Assembly: GCA_029941885.1 (NCBI GenBank)
Contig: JAPYTP010000008.1
Span: 297 to 64,296 of the forward strand
DNA from: Myxococcota bacterium
Lineage (GTDB): Bacteria; Myxococcota_A; UBA9160; UBA4427
Reading direction: 5' to 3'
DNA: 64,000 nt
The position numbers and the translations under genes are program-made. Numbering within the stretch: the first letter of the stretch is position 1; each line of letters opens with the position of its first letter. Under the pieces are notes generated by a model. The model made no database searches and was not told the DNA's origin. It saw only the letters and a list, made by a program, of their open reading frames with translations. Of this stretch, positions 18,702 through 28,478 are shown piece after piece.

Positions 18702-21674
18702 ATGCAGCTGATCTTCGATGCCGTTCAAGAGGCCTGTCCGCGCGCGGTCTGGTCGCGGGGAGTCACGCTCGCGCGAGGCGACGCGGTGAGCATCGAGGAG
18801 CGCCGCAACGGGTCGATCACCCTACGCGTCGAGACCAAGAAAGGACTCAGCGCCCCCCAGGTCACTCTGCACCCCACCGACGAAGATTGGGAGTGCAGTT
18901 GCAATACTCCCGATGATCCCTGCGACCATGTTGCCGCGAGCGTAATCGCGTTGCGGCGTTCGCAGAAGGCCGGCGAGGAGCTTCCGACCCAGGGCGAGGG
19001 CAAGGGACGCATCGTCTACGAACTCGAAGACCGTGCGGGTCAACTCCACATGACCCGTACCATCGAGTTCGAAGGCAAGCGAACTCCCCTCCTGGGCAGC
19101 CTGACCGCCGCTGTCGCAGGCCACCGCGTCGGTCCGGATTTCGTCGCGACGCCGTCGGACGTCGCGATCGAAAGAGTCCTGGCCAATCGCCCTGCCGGCT
19201 CGGCCTCTCGACCCAATGTCGCCAACCTGCTCGACAAACTCGCGGGATCCGAACGCGTCTTCCTCGACGGACAGCCGATCAAGGTTGATTCGGAACCTCT
19301 GGGGCTCACCGGGCGCGTCGTCGATGCGCCGGGCGGCGTGCGGCTCTTCGTCGAGCAGGACAAGCGAATCGAACGAGCCTTCCGCAATGGCCTCGTTCTC
19401 ACGAACGACACACTCCACCCTCTGGCACCCAACAAGCTGAACGGCCGAGAACTCGCCGATCTCCCACGTGGGCGATTCTATAGCGACAACGACCTCGCCG
19501 TCCTCGTCACCGAGGTCATCCCCAACCTCGAAGAACGCATCCCGCTGAACGTCGAGACCAAGAAGCTCCCCACCGCCCGGCACGGCGAGCGGCCTCGCAT
19601 CCGAATCGAAGTCAAACGCGAAGGCCTGGGGCTCACCGTGCTCCCGACCCTCGTCTACGGCAATCCGCCCGTCGCCCGGATCGATTCCGGGCGGCTGGTC
19701 CATCTCGGCGGCGGAGAAGTCCCGATCCGAATCGAGGCCGCCGAGAACGAAGCGATCTCTCGCCTCCGCAGCGAATTGGGTCTGCGACCGGGATTCGCCG
19801 TGCGCCTGTCTGCGAGCGACGCGATCGTCTTCGCGTCGCGGCTCGAGAACACGTCGATGGAGGTCGTCGGAGGAAGCTACCGAGACTTCCAGCTTCGAGG
19901 AGATCTTTCCGCGGAGATCGAGATCGACGACGACCGCCTCTCCGTCAACTTCCAACTCGACACGCCACCCGAGGGCGGCCTCGACGCGACGCCCCGCGGC
20001 GAACGCCAGGCGGGAGCGGGCGGCGGCGCTACGGCGACGCCCGAATCGGTGCTGCGCGCATGGTCGAGGGGGGAATCGGTCGTCGCCCTCAACGGGGGGG
20101 GGTTCGCAAAACTTCCCGAAGACTGGCTGGCCCGCTACGGCGATCGCATCGCCGATCTGTTGGCGGCCCGAGATCCCCGAGGCCGCATCGCACGCCACGC
20201 ACTCCCGGACCTCGCACTTCTGTGCGAGGACCTGGACTGGCCGCCGCCGCCTTCGCTCGAGGGATTGCGCCCGTTGCTCGAAGGCTTCGATGGAATCCCG
20301 ACCGCCGAGATCGACCCCGAACTCGAAGACGTCCTGCGCCCCTATCAACGTCAGGGCGTCGATTGGCTCGTCTTTCTCCGGCGCGCCGGACTCGGGGCGC
20401 TGCTCGCCGACGACATGGGCCTCGGCAAGACACTCCAGACTCTCTGCGCCATCGAGGGCCGAAGCCTGGTCGTCGCCCCGACGAGCGTTCTCCACGGCTG
20501 GATCCGAGAGATCGAGCGGTTCCGTCCACACCTCCGTGTCGGGCTCTACCACGGACCCGCCCGGCGACTCGACCCGGACGCCGAAGTCACGATCACCAGC
20601 TACGCGATACTGCGCCAGGATGTCGACGCCTTGTCCGCTATCAGCTGGGATTGCGTGGTGCTCGACGAAGCCCAGGCGATCAAGAATCCCGAGAGCCAGA
20701 TCGCGCGCGCCGCCCATCAGCTCGATGCACGCGCCCGCTTCGCGTTGACCGGCACCCCCGTCGAAAATCGCCTGGATGAACTATGGAGCCAGCTGCATTT
20801 CCTGAATCCCGGCCTGCTCGGCGGCCGCGCGGATTTCCGGGATCGCTATTCGCGGCCGATCGCCGATGGCGACGACGAAGTCGCCCGCCGATTGCGACAA
20901 CGCATCCGCCCCTTCCTGCTGCGACGTCTGAAGTCCGAGGTCGCCCCCGAACTCCCGCCGCTCACGGAGATCGTGCTCGACTGCGAGCTCTCGACCGAGG
21001 AACGCGCGGTCTACGACAGCGTGCGCGCCGCGACGATCCGTGATGTGGTCGAGCGATTGCGGGCCGGCGGAAATGTCATGGCGGCACTCGAGGCGCTGTT
21101 GCGTCTTCGCCAGGCATCGTGTCATGCGAGTCTCGTACCCGGGCAGACCTCGGAGAGTGGATCGTCCTCGAAGCTCGAAATCCTTTTCGCGCGTCTCGAG
21201 GAGGCGGTGGCCGACGGACACAAGGCGCTCGTCTTCTCGCAGTGGACGAGTTTCCTCGATCTGATCGAGCCCGGGCTGCGGACCCGCAAGATCGACTGGC
21301 TGCGCCTCGATGGATCCACCCGCGACCGGGGTGGCGTCGTCGATGGATTCCAGTCCGAGGACGGACCCCCGGTGATGCTGCTCTCCCTGCGTGCGGGCGG
21401 AACGGGCCTGAATCTCACCGCCGCGGACCATGTCTTCCTGCTCGATCCCTGGTGGAATCCCGCGGTCGAACAACAGGCCGCCGATCGGGCCCACCGGATC
21501 GGGCAGGACCGTCCGGTCGTGCTCCATCGCCTGATCGCGCGAAACACCGTCGAAGAGGGCATCCTTCGGCTGCACGCCCAGAAACGAGCGCTCGCGGACG
21601 CCGCCCTCGAAGGTGCCGATGGCAGCAGCCGGCTCTCCCGTGACGAGCTCGTCGAACTCCTCGAAGGGGCCTAG
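18702..21674 (+). CDS. SWIM zinc-finger SNF2-family helicase
   Basis: CSC..PCDH SWIM; [43 protein letters not shown]. Confidence 0.95.
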   Translation: MQLIFDAVQEACPRAVWSRGVTLARGDAVSIEERRNGSITLRVETKKGLSAPQVTLHPTDEDWECSCNTPDDPCDHVAASVIALRRSQKAGEELPTQGEGKGRIVYELEDRAGQLHMTRTIEFEGKRTPLLGSLTAAVAGHRVGPDFVATPSDVAIERVLANRPAGSASRPNVANLLDKLAGSERVFLDGQPIKVDSEPLGLTGRVVDAPGGVRLFVEQDKRIERAFRNGLVLTNDTLHPLAPNKLNGRELADLPRGRFYSDNDLAVLVTEVIPNLEERIPLNVETKKLPTARHGERPRIRIEVKREGLGLTVLPTLVYGNPPVARIDSGRLVHLGGGEVPIRIEAAENEAISRLRSELGLRPGFAVRLSASDAIVFASRLENTSMEVVGGSYRDFQLRGDLSAEIEIDDDRLSVNFQLDTPPEGGLDATPRGERQAGAGGGATATPESVLRAWSRGESVVALNGGGFAKLPEDWLARYGDRIADLLAARDPRGRIARHALPDLALLCEDLDWPPPPSLEGLRPLLEGFDGIPTAEIDPELEDVLRPYQRQGVDWLVFLRRAGLGALLADDMGLGKTLQTLCAIEGRSLVVAPTSVLHGWIREIERFRPHLRVGLYHGPARRLDPDAEVTITSYAILRQDVDALSAISWDCVVLDEAQAIKNPESQIARAAHQLDARARFALTGTPVENRLDELWSQLHFLNPGLLGGRADFRDRYSRPIADGDDEVARRLRQRIRPFLLRRLKSEVAPELPPLTEIVLDCELSTEERAVYDSVRAATIRDVVERLRAGGNVMAALEALLRLRQASCHASLVPGQTSESGSSSKLEILFARLEEAVADGHKALVFSQWTSFLDLIEPGLRTRKIDWLRLDGSTRDRGGVVDGFQSEDGPPVMLLSLRAGGTGLNLTAADHVFLLDPWWNPAVEQQAADRAHRIGQDRPVVLHRLIARNTVEEGILRLHAQKRALADAALEGADGSSRLSRDELVELLEGA

Positions 21675-21796
21675 CCGTACGGCCTGCGCGGGGGGCACGA
21701 GCGCCTTGCGTATCGCCCGCACAGCCTTCGACAACAGATGGTTTTTTCACCCAGAATTCTCAAGTGGGCTCGAGCGTCCTCCGAACGAAGATTAAA

Positions 21797-22153
21797 ATGG
21801 GTGCTTTTGACAACATTTTGAATCGAGGCCGACTTCGATCCGCGAACCTCGCGCTCGTCGCGGCGCTGCTCCTGGGCAGCGCTTCGGTCGCCGCAGCAGG
21901 GCCTCCCGAGGGCAGACTCGACGCTCGTTCGTCGGGTCCGATCGTGAACGCGACCGCCGAGACCGAAGCGTCGGTTTCGACCAGCCCCATCGCGCTCGGC
22001 GCGACCGGCCCCTTCGAACGAGCGACTGCTCCCCGGTCACACCGGGAGACGATGCCGCTGACGCGGGCGGCCTCGCAGCAGCGGGTCGAGGAGATGAGCC
22101 CGATGGCCTGGCTCGCCCGCTATGGAGCGGTCACCGTCGGGCGAACCGAGTAA
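21797..22153 (+). CDS. small secreted hypothetical protein
   Basis: Signal peptide LALVAALLLGSASVAAA; fills an intergenic gap. Confidence 0.5.
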   Translation: MGAFDNILNRGRLRSANLALVAALLLGSASVAAAGPPEGRLDARSSGPIVNATAETEASVSTSPIALGATGPFERATAPRSHRETMPLTRAASQQRVEEMSPMAWLARYGAVTVGRTE

Positions 22154-22195
22154 CCGACCTCTCAGCCTCGCTCGATCCGTGTATGATCCGCCGCC

Positions 22196-22828
22196 ATGGC
22201 CTCGTCACGCACCCTCCTCACCATCGTCCGCCACGGGCAGACCTCCGCCAATCTCGACGGGGTCTGGCACGGCTCGACCAACACACCGCTCACGAACCAT
22301 GGCCGGCTCCAGGCCGCCGCCGTCGGGGCGCATATCGAGGCGAACCACCGCCCGGTCGCTCATGTCTACGCGAGCCCCCTCGATCGCGCCCATCACACCG
22401 CCCAGGCAATCGCCGACCCTCTCGGCCTAACGCCCTCGCTCGAAGCCGACCTGGTCGAATACGACCTCGGAGTATGGGAAGGCCTTTCGTTCAAGACACT
22501 CTGGGAAGAAAAGAAGCTCTTCGAGAACATGAAGAAGGATCCCGACTTCAACCCGTATGGCGGAGAATCTCCTAAGCAGGTCGGCGATCGCCTCTCCGGC
22601 GCCCTGCGCCGGATCGCAGATCGCCATCCGGGTGAACGGGTCGTGGTCGTCACACACGGCGGCGCGCTGTCGATCGCATTCGGGATCATCCTCGACGATG
22701 ACTACACCCGTTGGGACCGCATGATGAAGAATTGTGCGATCAGCGAGCTCGTATTCGAGCCCAGCCCCGAACTCATCTCCTTCAACCGGATCGAGCATTT
22801 GCCGCCGGAAGATCCGACGCCTCACTGA
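22196..22828 (+). CDS. histidine phosphatase (phosphoglycerate mutase) family
   Basis: VRHGQT, SPLDRA, GES, VTHGG. Confidence 0.93.
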   Translation: MASSRTLLTIVRHGQTSANLDGVWHGSTNTPLTNHGRLQAAAVGAHIEANHRPVAHVYASPLDRAHHTAQAIADPLGLTPSLEADLVEYDLGVWEGLSFKTLWEEKKLFENMKKDPDFNPYGGESPKQVGDRLSGALRRIADRHPGERVVVVTHGGALSIAFGIILDDDYTRWDRMMKNCAISELVFEPSPELISFNRIEHLPPEDPTPH

Positions 22829-22888
22829 GACCGGACGTGCGTCGAGTGCGCCAGCGGTCCGTCCAACACATCGAGATTGGAGAAACTC

Positions 22889-23626
22889 ATGCAGATCGCA
22901 GTCATCGGAGCCGGGGTCATGGGGAGCGGTATTGCCCAGGTCCTCGCCCAGGCGGGCAACGTCGTCCACTGCACCGACGTCGACGAAGACGCCGTCGCAA
23001 AAGCCCGAGAAGGGGTCACGACGGGCCGCTACGGCTTCGAACGCGCGGTCACACGCGGCAAGCTCGATCGCGCCGATGCCGACGCCGCACTCGATCGCCT
23101 CACTTTCTCGACCGACTTCGAAGGGCCCGTGGGAAACGCCGAGTTGATCGTGGAATGTGTCCCGGAGAGGCTCGACCTCAAGATCAAGGTCTTCCGCGAG
23201 CTCGATCGATTGGCGCCTCCGAACGCGATCCTCGCTTCGAATAGCTCGGGGTTTCCCCTGGCCGCCCTCGCCGCCTCCACAGACCGGCCCGGGAACGTCA
23301 TCATCTGGCACTGGGCGTCGCCGCCGGTCGTCATGAAATTCGCCGAGATCGTCGTGAATGACGACACGGATCCGAAGGTGATCGAGACCGTGAGCGAGAT
23401 TGCCGCCGGCTGCGGCAAGAATCCAGTCGTCGTGAAGGACCACCCGATGGCCTGGGGCTATGTCGCGAACCGCGTCTACGCCGCCATGCTCACAGAGGCC
23501 AGTCGAGTCGTCGCAGAGGGCGTCGCCTCCCACGAGGACGTGAATCAGTTGATGGTCGATTGCTTCGGTTGGCCCGTCGGTCCCTTCGCGATGATCAAGG
23601 GCGCCACTACGGGCTGGAAGGACTAG
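22889..23626 (+). CDS. 3-hydroxyacyl-CoA dehydrogenase family
   Basis: GAGVMGSGIA, ECVPERLDLK, ASNSS, GYVANR, PVGPF. Confidence 0.92.
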   Translation: MQIAVIGAGVMGSGIAQVLAQAGNVVHCTDVDEDAVAKAREGVTTGRYGFERAVTRGKLDRADADAALDRLTFSTDFEGPVGNAELIVECVPERLDLKIKVFRELDRLAPPNAILASNSSGFPLAALAASTDRPGNVIIWHWASPPVVMKFAEIVVNDDTDPKVIETVSEIAAGCGKNPVVVKDHPMAWGYVANRVYAAMLTEASRVVAEGVASHEDVNQLMVDCFGWPVGPFAMIKGATTGWKD

Positions 23627-23709
23627 ACGGATTCGGCCGCGCGCGCGACTCTTCATGCGAGCGTTCCAAGGCGTTGTTCGAGCGCCGCGGGAGGGGGGGG
23701 GGCCCATCC

Positions 23710-24744
23710 ATGGACGAAAGCGGAACCGGTTCGCAGCCGGGACGCATCGCGTGCACGGCCGTCGGGCTACTCGGTCTCGTCGTGTTGATCGCCTCGGCGG
23801 GCGCGCTCGTCGCGCCTCCGGCGAGTGCCCAGTACTCGATGCTTGGCGACATCCCGCCCAGATTCGAATGGCGCAGTCGGGTAGAGACCCATTTTCGAAA
23901 CGAGTTCGCCAGCAGGAGCGACGGCGGCGATGAATTCGACGCCTGGCGAGTCGGCGTCGTGGGCGAGATCGGAGGACCGATCAACGAATCGATCCTGATC
24001 GGATTCCGTGCCGGGTACCGCCACACGAGTTACGAGTTCAATCTCGAAAACGCCCCACCGCCGGCCTACGGCACGACCACCCTGCCCCACGACCCCTGGA
24101 ATCCGCTGAACACGGTCGACCTGCTCCCGAGTACCACCGTACTCGTCGGGTCGCGCGTATCCGTCGTCGCGGCCGTCCCGATCCGATGGGCGGGCGAAGC
24201 CGGCGCCCGCCGAAATGGCTTCACCGCGGGGATCTCGGGGCTGGTTCGCTGGCAGGTGAACGATGCGCTCTCGATCGGAGCCGGAATCGGAGTCACGAGC
24301 CAGCTGGAGGACGACGCGGAAACGTTCCCCGTGATCAGTCTACGGTGGCGGATCTCCGAGAATTTCGAGTTCGCAACCGAGGGCAGCTGGCTTCAGGGCG
24401 GCAACGCGATCCTGTTCTGGGGCCCGAACGACGCGATTCGATTGAGTCTCTCGGCCGGCTACGAAAGGATCCGCTACCGCCTCGACGACCACGGAACCCT
24501 GCCCGACCGCGATGGGATCGGCGAGGTCACCACCGTCCCGATCGAAGTCGGTCTGCGCCTGCAAATCTTCGAAGAGGCGTTCCTCGATGTCCGCGCCGGG
24601 CTCGGCGTCGCAGGTCGCCTGCGCATCGAAACCGACAATGGGCGAAAGCTCTACGACCGGCAATACGACCCGGCTCCCCGACTTGGCGTGAGCCTGACCA
24701 TTCCCTTTGGCCTACCGGATGCGCGGTCGACATCGGACCGCTAG
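23710..24744 (+). CDS. putative outer-membrane beta-barrel protein
   Basis: Signal peptide ending ASA-Q; alternating amphipathic strands; FPVISLRWRI. Confidence 0.7.
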   Translation: MDESGTGSQPGRIACTAVGLLGLVVLIASAGALVAPPASAQYSMLGDIPPRFEWRSRVETHFRNEFASRSDGGDEFDAWRVGVVGEIGGPINESILIGFRAGYRHTSYEFNLENAPPPAYGTTTLPHDPWNPLNTVDLLPSTTVLVGSRVSVVAAVPIRWAGEAGARRNGFTAGISGLVRWQVNDALSIGAGIGVTSQLEDDAETFPVISLRWRISENFEFATEGSWLQGGNAILFWGPNDAIRLSLSAGYERIRYRLDDHGTLPDRDGIGEVTTVPIEVGLRLQIFEEAFLDVRAGLGVAGRLRIETDNGRKLYDRQYDPAPRLGVSLTIPFGLPDARSTSDR

Positions 24745-24793
24745 AACCCAGGCGGAACCCGGACACACCGATCGACCGCGTCCGGACCGTGGC

Positions 24794-26263
24794 CTAGGCA
24801 GTGATCGCCCGCTTCGGGAAATTCGGCATCACGATCCCCGCCAACTCCTCCAGACACCGGACGACCTGACGGCTGTAACCGAATTCGTTGTCGTACCATA
24901 CGTAAAGCACCGCGTGCTCGTCCTGCACGATCGTCGCCTTCGCATCGACGATCCCCGCGAATCGGTTCCCCACGAAGTCGCTCGAGACGACCTCCGTCGA
25001 GTTCACGTATTCGATCTGATTCTGCAGATCGCCCTCGAGCGAAATCTTGAGCAGATGCTCGTTGAGGGCCGCGACGGTCGTGCTCGATTCGAGGTTCAGA
25101 CTCATGACCGCGAGTGAAACATTGGGGGTCGGCACGCGGATCGCGTTGCCCGTCAGCTTCCCACCCAATTCGGGCAGGCATTTCGCAACGGCCTTGGCGG
25201 CCCCCGTTTCGGTCACGACCATGTTGAGCGGAGCGGAACGACCGCGCCGTTCCTTCCTGTGATAGTTGTCGATCAGGTTCTGGTCGTTCGTAAATGCATG
25301 AATCGACTCGATGTGTCCGCTCTTGATCCTGAACTCGTCGTTGACCGCCTTGAGCACGGGTGCGATCGCGTTCGTCGTACAGGAGGCCGCCGACAGGACG
25401 TTGCCTGCTTCGGTCATCCCGTGGTGATTCACGCCGTAGACGATATTCGGGACGTCGCCCTTACCGGGCGCCGTCAGGATCACCTTCGAGGCGCCGGGCA
25501 CCGCGACATGCTTCTCTAGCTCTTCGCGCGTTCGCCAGATTCCAGTGTTGTCGACGACGATCGCGTCGCGGATCCCGTACTTCTCGTAGTCACAGTCGAC
25601 GGGACCGTTGGCATAAATCACGTGAACGAGGTTCCCGTTGATGATCAGCGCGTTTTCGCTCGGATCGATCGCGACCTCGCCCGAAAAGGGTCCGTGGATC
25701 GAGTCGCGACGGAGCAGACTCGCACGCTTCGCGAGGTCGTTGTCTCCACCGGGTCGAACGACGATCGCGCGCAGTCGGAGGTTCTCGCCGCCCCCCGTCT
25801 TGCCCGCCAGGATGCGCGCAACCAGACGGCCGATTCGGCCGAAGCCGTAGAGAACGACATCCTGCGGATTGGATCGGATCGAGGCCTTGCCCGTCGCGAT
25901 GCCCGCGAGCTCGTCGCGAACGAAATCGCCCACGGAGACGTCGGTCGCGCGCCCCGTGAAATGACTCCAGAGATTACCGAGATCGATCCGCGAGGGTCCG
26001 AGATCGAGCTCCGCCATCGCAGAGAGGATCGGATAGGTGTCAATCAGGCTGATCTCATTATCCATGTTCGAGCGCGACTTGCGATGCAGTTCGAGGATTT
26101 CGAGCGGTGATTTATTCACCAGCGAATGGCTGAACAGCGTCACGATCACGCCGTGTTCGCGATACAGCTCGCCGATGATCGGGACCATCGCCTCGGCGTT
26201 GCGCTGCTGCTGGGACCATTCTTGCAGGGTCCGCTCGGACTTCTCGATGGCCTGGTCTGACAA
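24794..26263 (-). CDS. gap: glyceraldehyde-3-phosphate dehydrogenase, long (N-terminally extended) type
   Basis: GFGRIGR, ASCTTN, RVPTPNVS, WYDNEFGYS; about 130-aa N-terminal extension; TTG start with GGGGAG RBS. Confidence 0.95.
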   Translation of the reverse strand: MSDQAIEKSERTLQEWSQQQRNAEAMVPIIGELYREHGVIVTLFSHSLVNKSPLEILELHRKSRSNMDNEISLIDTYPILSAMAELDLGPSRIDLGNLWSHFTGRATDVSVGDFVRDELAGIATGKASIRSNPQDVVLYGFGRIGRLVARILAGKTGGGENLRLRAIVVRPGGDNDLAKRASLLRRDSIHGPFSGEVAIDPSENALIINGNLVHVIYANGPVDCDYEKYGIRDAIVVDNTGIWRTREELEKHVAVPGASKVILTAPGKGDVPNIVYGVNHHGMTEAGNVLSAASCTTNAIAPVLKAVNDEFRIKSGHIESIHAFTNDQNLIDNYHRKERRGRSAPLNMVVTETGAAKAVAKCLPELGGKLTGNAIRVPTPNVSLAVMSLNLESSTTVAALNEHLLKISLEGDLQNQIEYVNSTEVVSSDFVGNRFAGIVDAKATIVQDEHAVLYVWYDNEFGYSRQVVRCLEELAGIVMPNFPKRAITA

Positions 26264-26419
26264 GGAATTTTCTCCCCTTGGAATGGGCGGAAATTAGATG
26301 ATCCGCAGTCCCGCGAAAAGAGATCCGATTGTTGCGGGTCGAGCGGGCGCCAAAGTCGCACTGGCGCACTAGATTCCGCCCCCGGGTCGGATTCCGCGAC
26401 GGCCGGTGGAGGGACGAAC

Positions 26420-27601
26420 TTGAGCGAAAACCAGGGCTCGGGAAGCGAGCGCGAGCCCAGAGGGAGCCTGGGAGTCCTGTTCAGCGTGATCGTGGTCGAT
26501 CTGATCGGTTTCGGAGTCGTCGTCCCGATCCTGCCCTTCTGGTCGGAACGCTTCGGGGCAAGCGGCGCTCTCCTGGGCCTGCTCCTCGCGAGTTACGCGG
26601 CGATGCAATTCCTCTTCGCCCCGGTGTGGGGCCGACTCTCGGACCGAGTCGGACGAAGACCGGTCATGCTGATCACGATCGCCGGAACCGCTCTCTCCCT
26701 GCTCTTGCTGGGTCTCGCGGATTCGCTCTTCCTGCTCTTCTGTGCCCGTCTGCTGGGAGGCATCTTCGGATCGAACGTGAGCGTCGCGACGGCCTATTTG
26801 ACCGACGTGACGGACGAGGCCGACCGGACCCGTTGGATGGGCATGATCGGCGCCTCCTTCGCCGTTGGATTCACCCTCGGACCCCCGATCGGAGGCATCC
26901 TCTCCCGAGTGGGGCACGAGGTCCCGATGCTCTTCGCTGCAGGATTGGCGACGCTCAATCTCGCCTGGGCCGCCCTTCGACTGCGTGAACCCGAATTCCA
27001 TGAGGAGCGCCCACAGCCCAACCTCACCAGTCGACTCGAAGTCTTGCGCGTACCCATGATCGGACGCATCTGCTTCATCTATTTCCTGTTCAGCCTGGCC
27101 GTCACCCAGCTCGAGACGACCTTTGCCTTCTTCATGTCCCATCGATTCGGGTACGACGAACTCGGTGTCGGGCTGGTGATGCTCGCGATGGCGATCGTCA
27201 TGGGCGGAATTCAGGGGGGTGGGATGAAACGACTGTCAGAGAGATTTCCTCTGCAGCGGCTCGTCCCCGTCGGGCTGATCATGATGTCGCTCGCCTTCGC
27301 CGCGATTCCACTCTCCTCGACCGTCGCATTCCTGCTCCTGCCTCTCGGCGCAGCCGCGGTTGGACGCGGCATCTCGCAGCCGCCGATGATGAGCCTCGTG
27401 TCCCTCGAGGCGGACGAGGGTTCGCGAGGGCTGGTCATGGGCGTCTTTCAGTCGACCGCCTCGGCCGCGCGGATCGTGGGTCCGATCGCCGCCGGCATCC
27501 TCTACGACGTCGGACAACCCTTCCCCTATTGGACGGCGGCGGGGCTCACCGCGGTCGCAGCGCTCCTCGCCCTCCGGATTCGCACGGACACGGACGTCTG
27601 A
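26420..27601 (+). CDS. MFS transporter, TetA/DHA1-like
   Basis: DLIGFGVVVPILP, GRLSDRVGRRPV, GFTLGPPIGG; multiple TM segments. Confidence 0.92.
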   Translation: MSENQGSGSEREPRGSLGVLFSVIVVDLIGFGVVVPILPFWSERFGASGALLGLLLASYAAMQFLFAPVWGRLSDRVGRRPVMLITIAGTALSLLLLGLADSLFLLFCARLLGGIFGSNVSVATAYLTDVTDEADRTRWMGMIGASFAVGFTLGPPIGGILSRVGHEVPMLFAAGLATLNLAWAALRLREPEFHEERPQPNLTSRLEVLRVPMIGRICFIYFLFSLAVTQLETTFAFFMSHRFGYDELGVGLVMLAMAIVMGGIQGGGMKRLSERFPLQRLVPVGLIMMSLAFAAIPLSSTVAFLLLPLGAAAVGRGISQPPMMSLVSLEADEGSRGLVMGVFQSTASAARIVGPIAAGILYDVGQPFPYWTAAGLTAVAALLALRIRTDTDV

Positions 27602-27614
27602 GTCGAAGTCGCGA

Positions 27615-28478
27615 TCAGCGATCGGCCCGAAGCGCGTACTCGGCGATCTCACCGAGTTCCGCTTGCTCGAGCATCGCCGCACGTTGAAGTCGCAGCCTCT
27701 TGTTCCCCGGATCTTTGCCGATCGCTGAGAGAACCTCGTCGATCGCGTCGTACCAGATCCCCGACAGCGCGTAGGGCCCGTAGGCAGTGCTCGCGCCACG
27801 AAGGGAGCGTTCGAGGGAAGCCGTGATGCCGGTTCTTTCGATAAATCCTTCGGCCAGCGTGTCGATCGAGCGACGCTTCGCGTCCTGGACGATCGCGACA
27901 TGCCAGCGGTAGGTCTTCCAGGGCTCGAGGCTGAGTCCGAACTCCGCGAGCACGAGCGAGTGGATCCCCCGACGAACGGGCGCGGGCACGGTCATTTCCA
28001 GCAGCGGATCGATCGAATCGTCATCCACCAACGTCAGATCGATTCGCTGATCCGTATCCGCCGACACGAACCAATAGAGCGTCGGCTGGGCGCGGGTCGT
28101 GAACGCGACATGGTCTCTCGGCGCGAGTACCGCCACGGTCACGTCGCCCGATTCCGTCGTCAACGTGCGCGTACCACCCGCAGCCGTATTGAGCGCACGA
28201 CCGCGATTCGGCGGGACGTACAAGATGGGACTCCATTCGTCCGCAGTATCGGGCGGCTTCGCTTCCACCGCCCGATCGTCGCTAGCCGGCTTGGATTCGT
28301 GCGCGGGTGGGGCCTCATCGGAGTGCCCGTCCCCTCCGTGATGATCCGCCGAGACGGCGTCGGCCAGCGCGATCGAGATCACGATGGACAACAGGAGCAA
28401 GGTCCGTGGACGTCCCGTCGCGCGCTCGATCGTGGCCCCCACCCATAGGCTCTCGTTTCCCGTAGTTCTTCTCGTCAT
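27615..28478 (-). CDS. DUF928 domain secreted protein
   Basis: AGGTR, TTRAQPTLYWFV, GIHSL, YRWHV, GIWYDA, MLEQAEL; start overlaps cyclase stop (ATGA). Confidence 0.85.
   Translation of the reverse strand: MTRRTTGNESLWVGATIERATGRPRTLLLLSIVISIALADAVSADHHGGDGHSDEAPPAHESKPASDDRAVEAKPPDTADEWSPILYVPPNRGRALNTAAGGTRTLTTESGDVTVAVLAPRDHVAFTTRAQPTLYWFVSADTDQRIDLTLVDDDSIDPLLEMTVPAPVRRGIHSLVLAEFGLSLEPWKTYRWHVAIVQDAKRRSIDTLAEGFIERTGITASLERSLRGASTAYGPYALSGIWYDAIDEVLSAIGKDPGNKRLRLQRAAMLEQAELGEIAEYALRADR

Noticed and set aside
11458-20717. Long antisense ORFs (11458-13119 +, 14438-16207 +, 18822-20717 -) and many similar ones across the window
   Set aside because: Shadow frames of well-supported genes in high-GC DNA; no motifs
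18702-21674. SNF2 helicase as part of an anti-phage defence system
   Set aside because: SWIM-SNF2 is a common stand-alone chromosomal gene; no methylase, nuclease or other defence partners are adjacent
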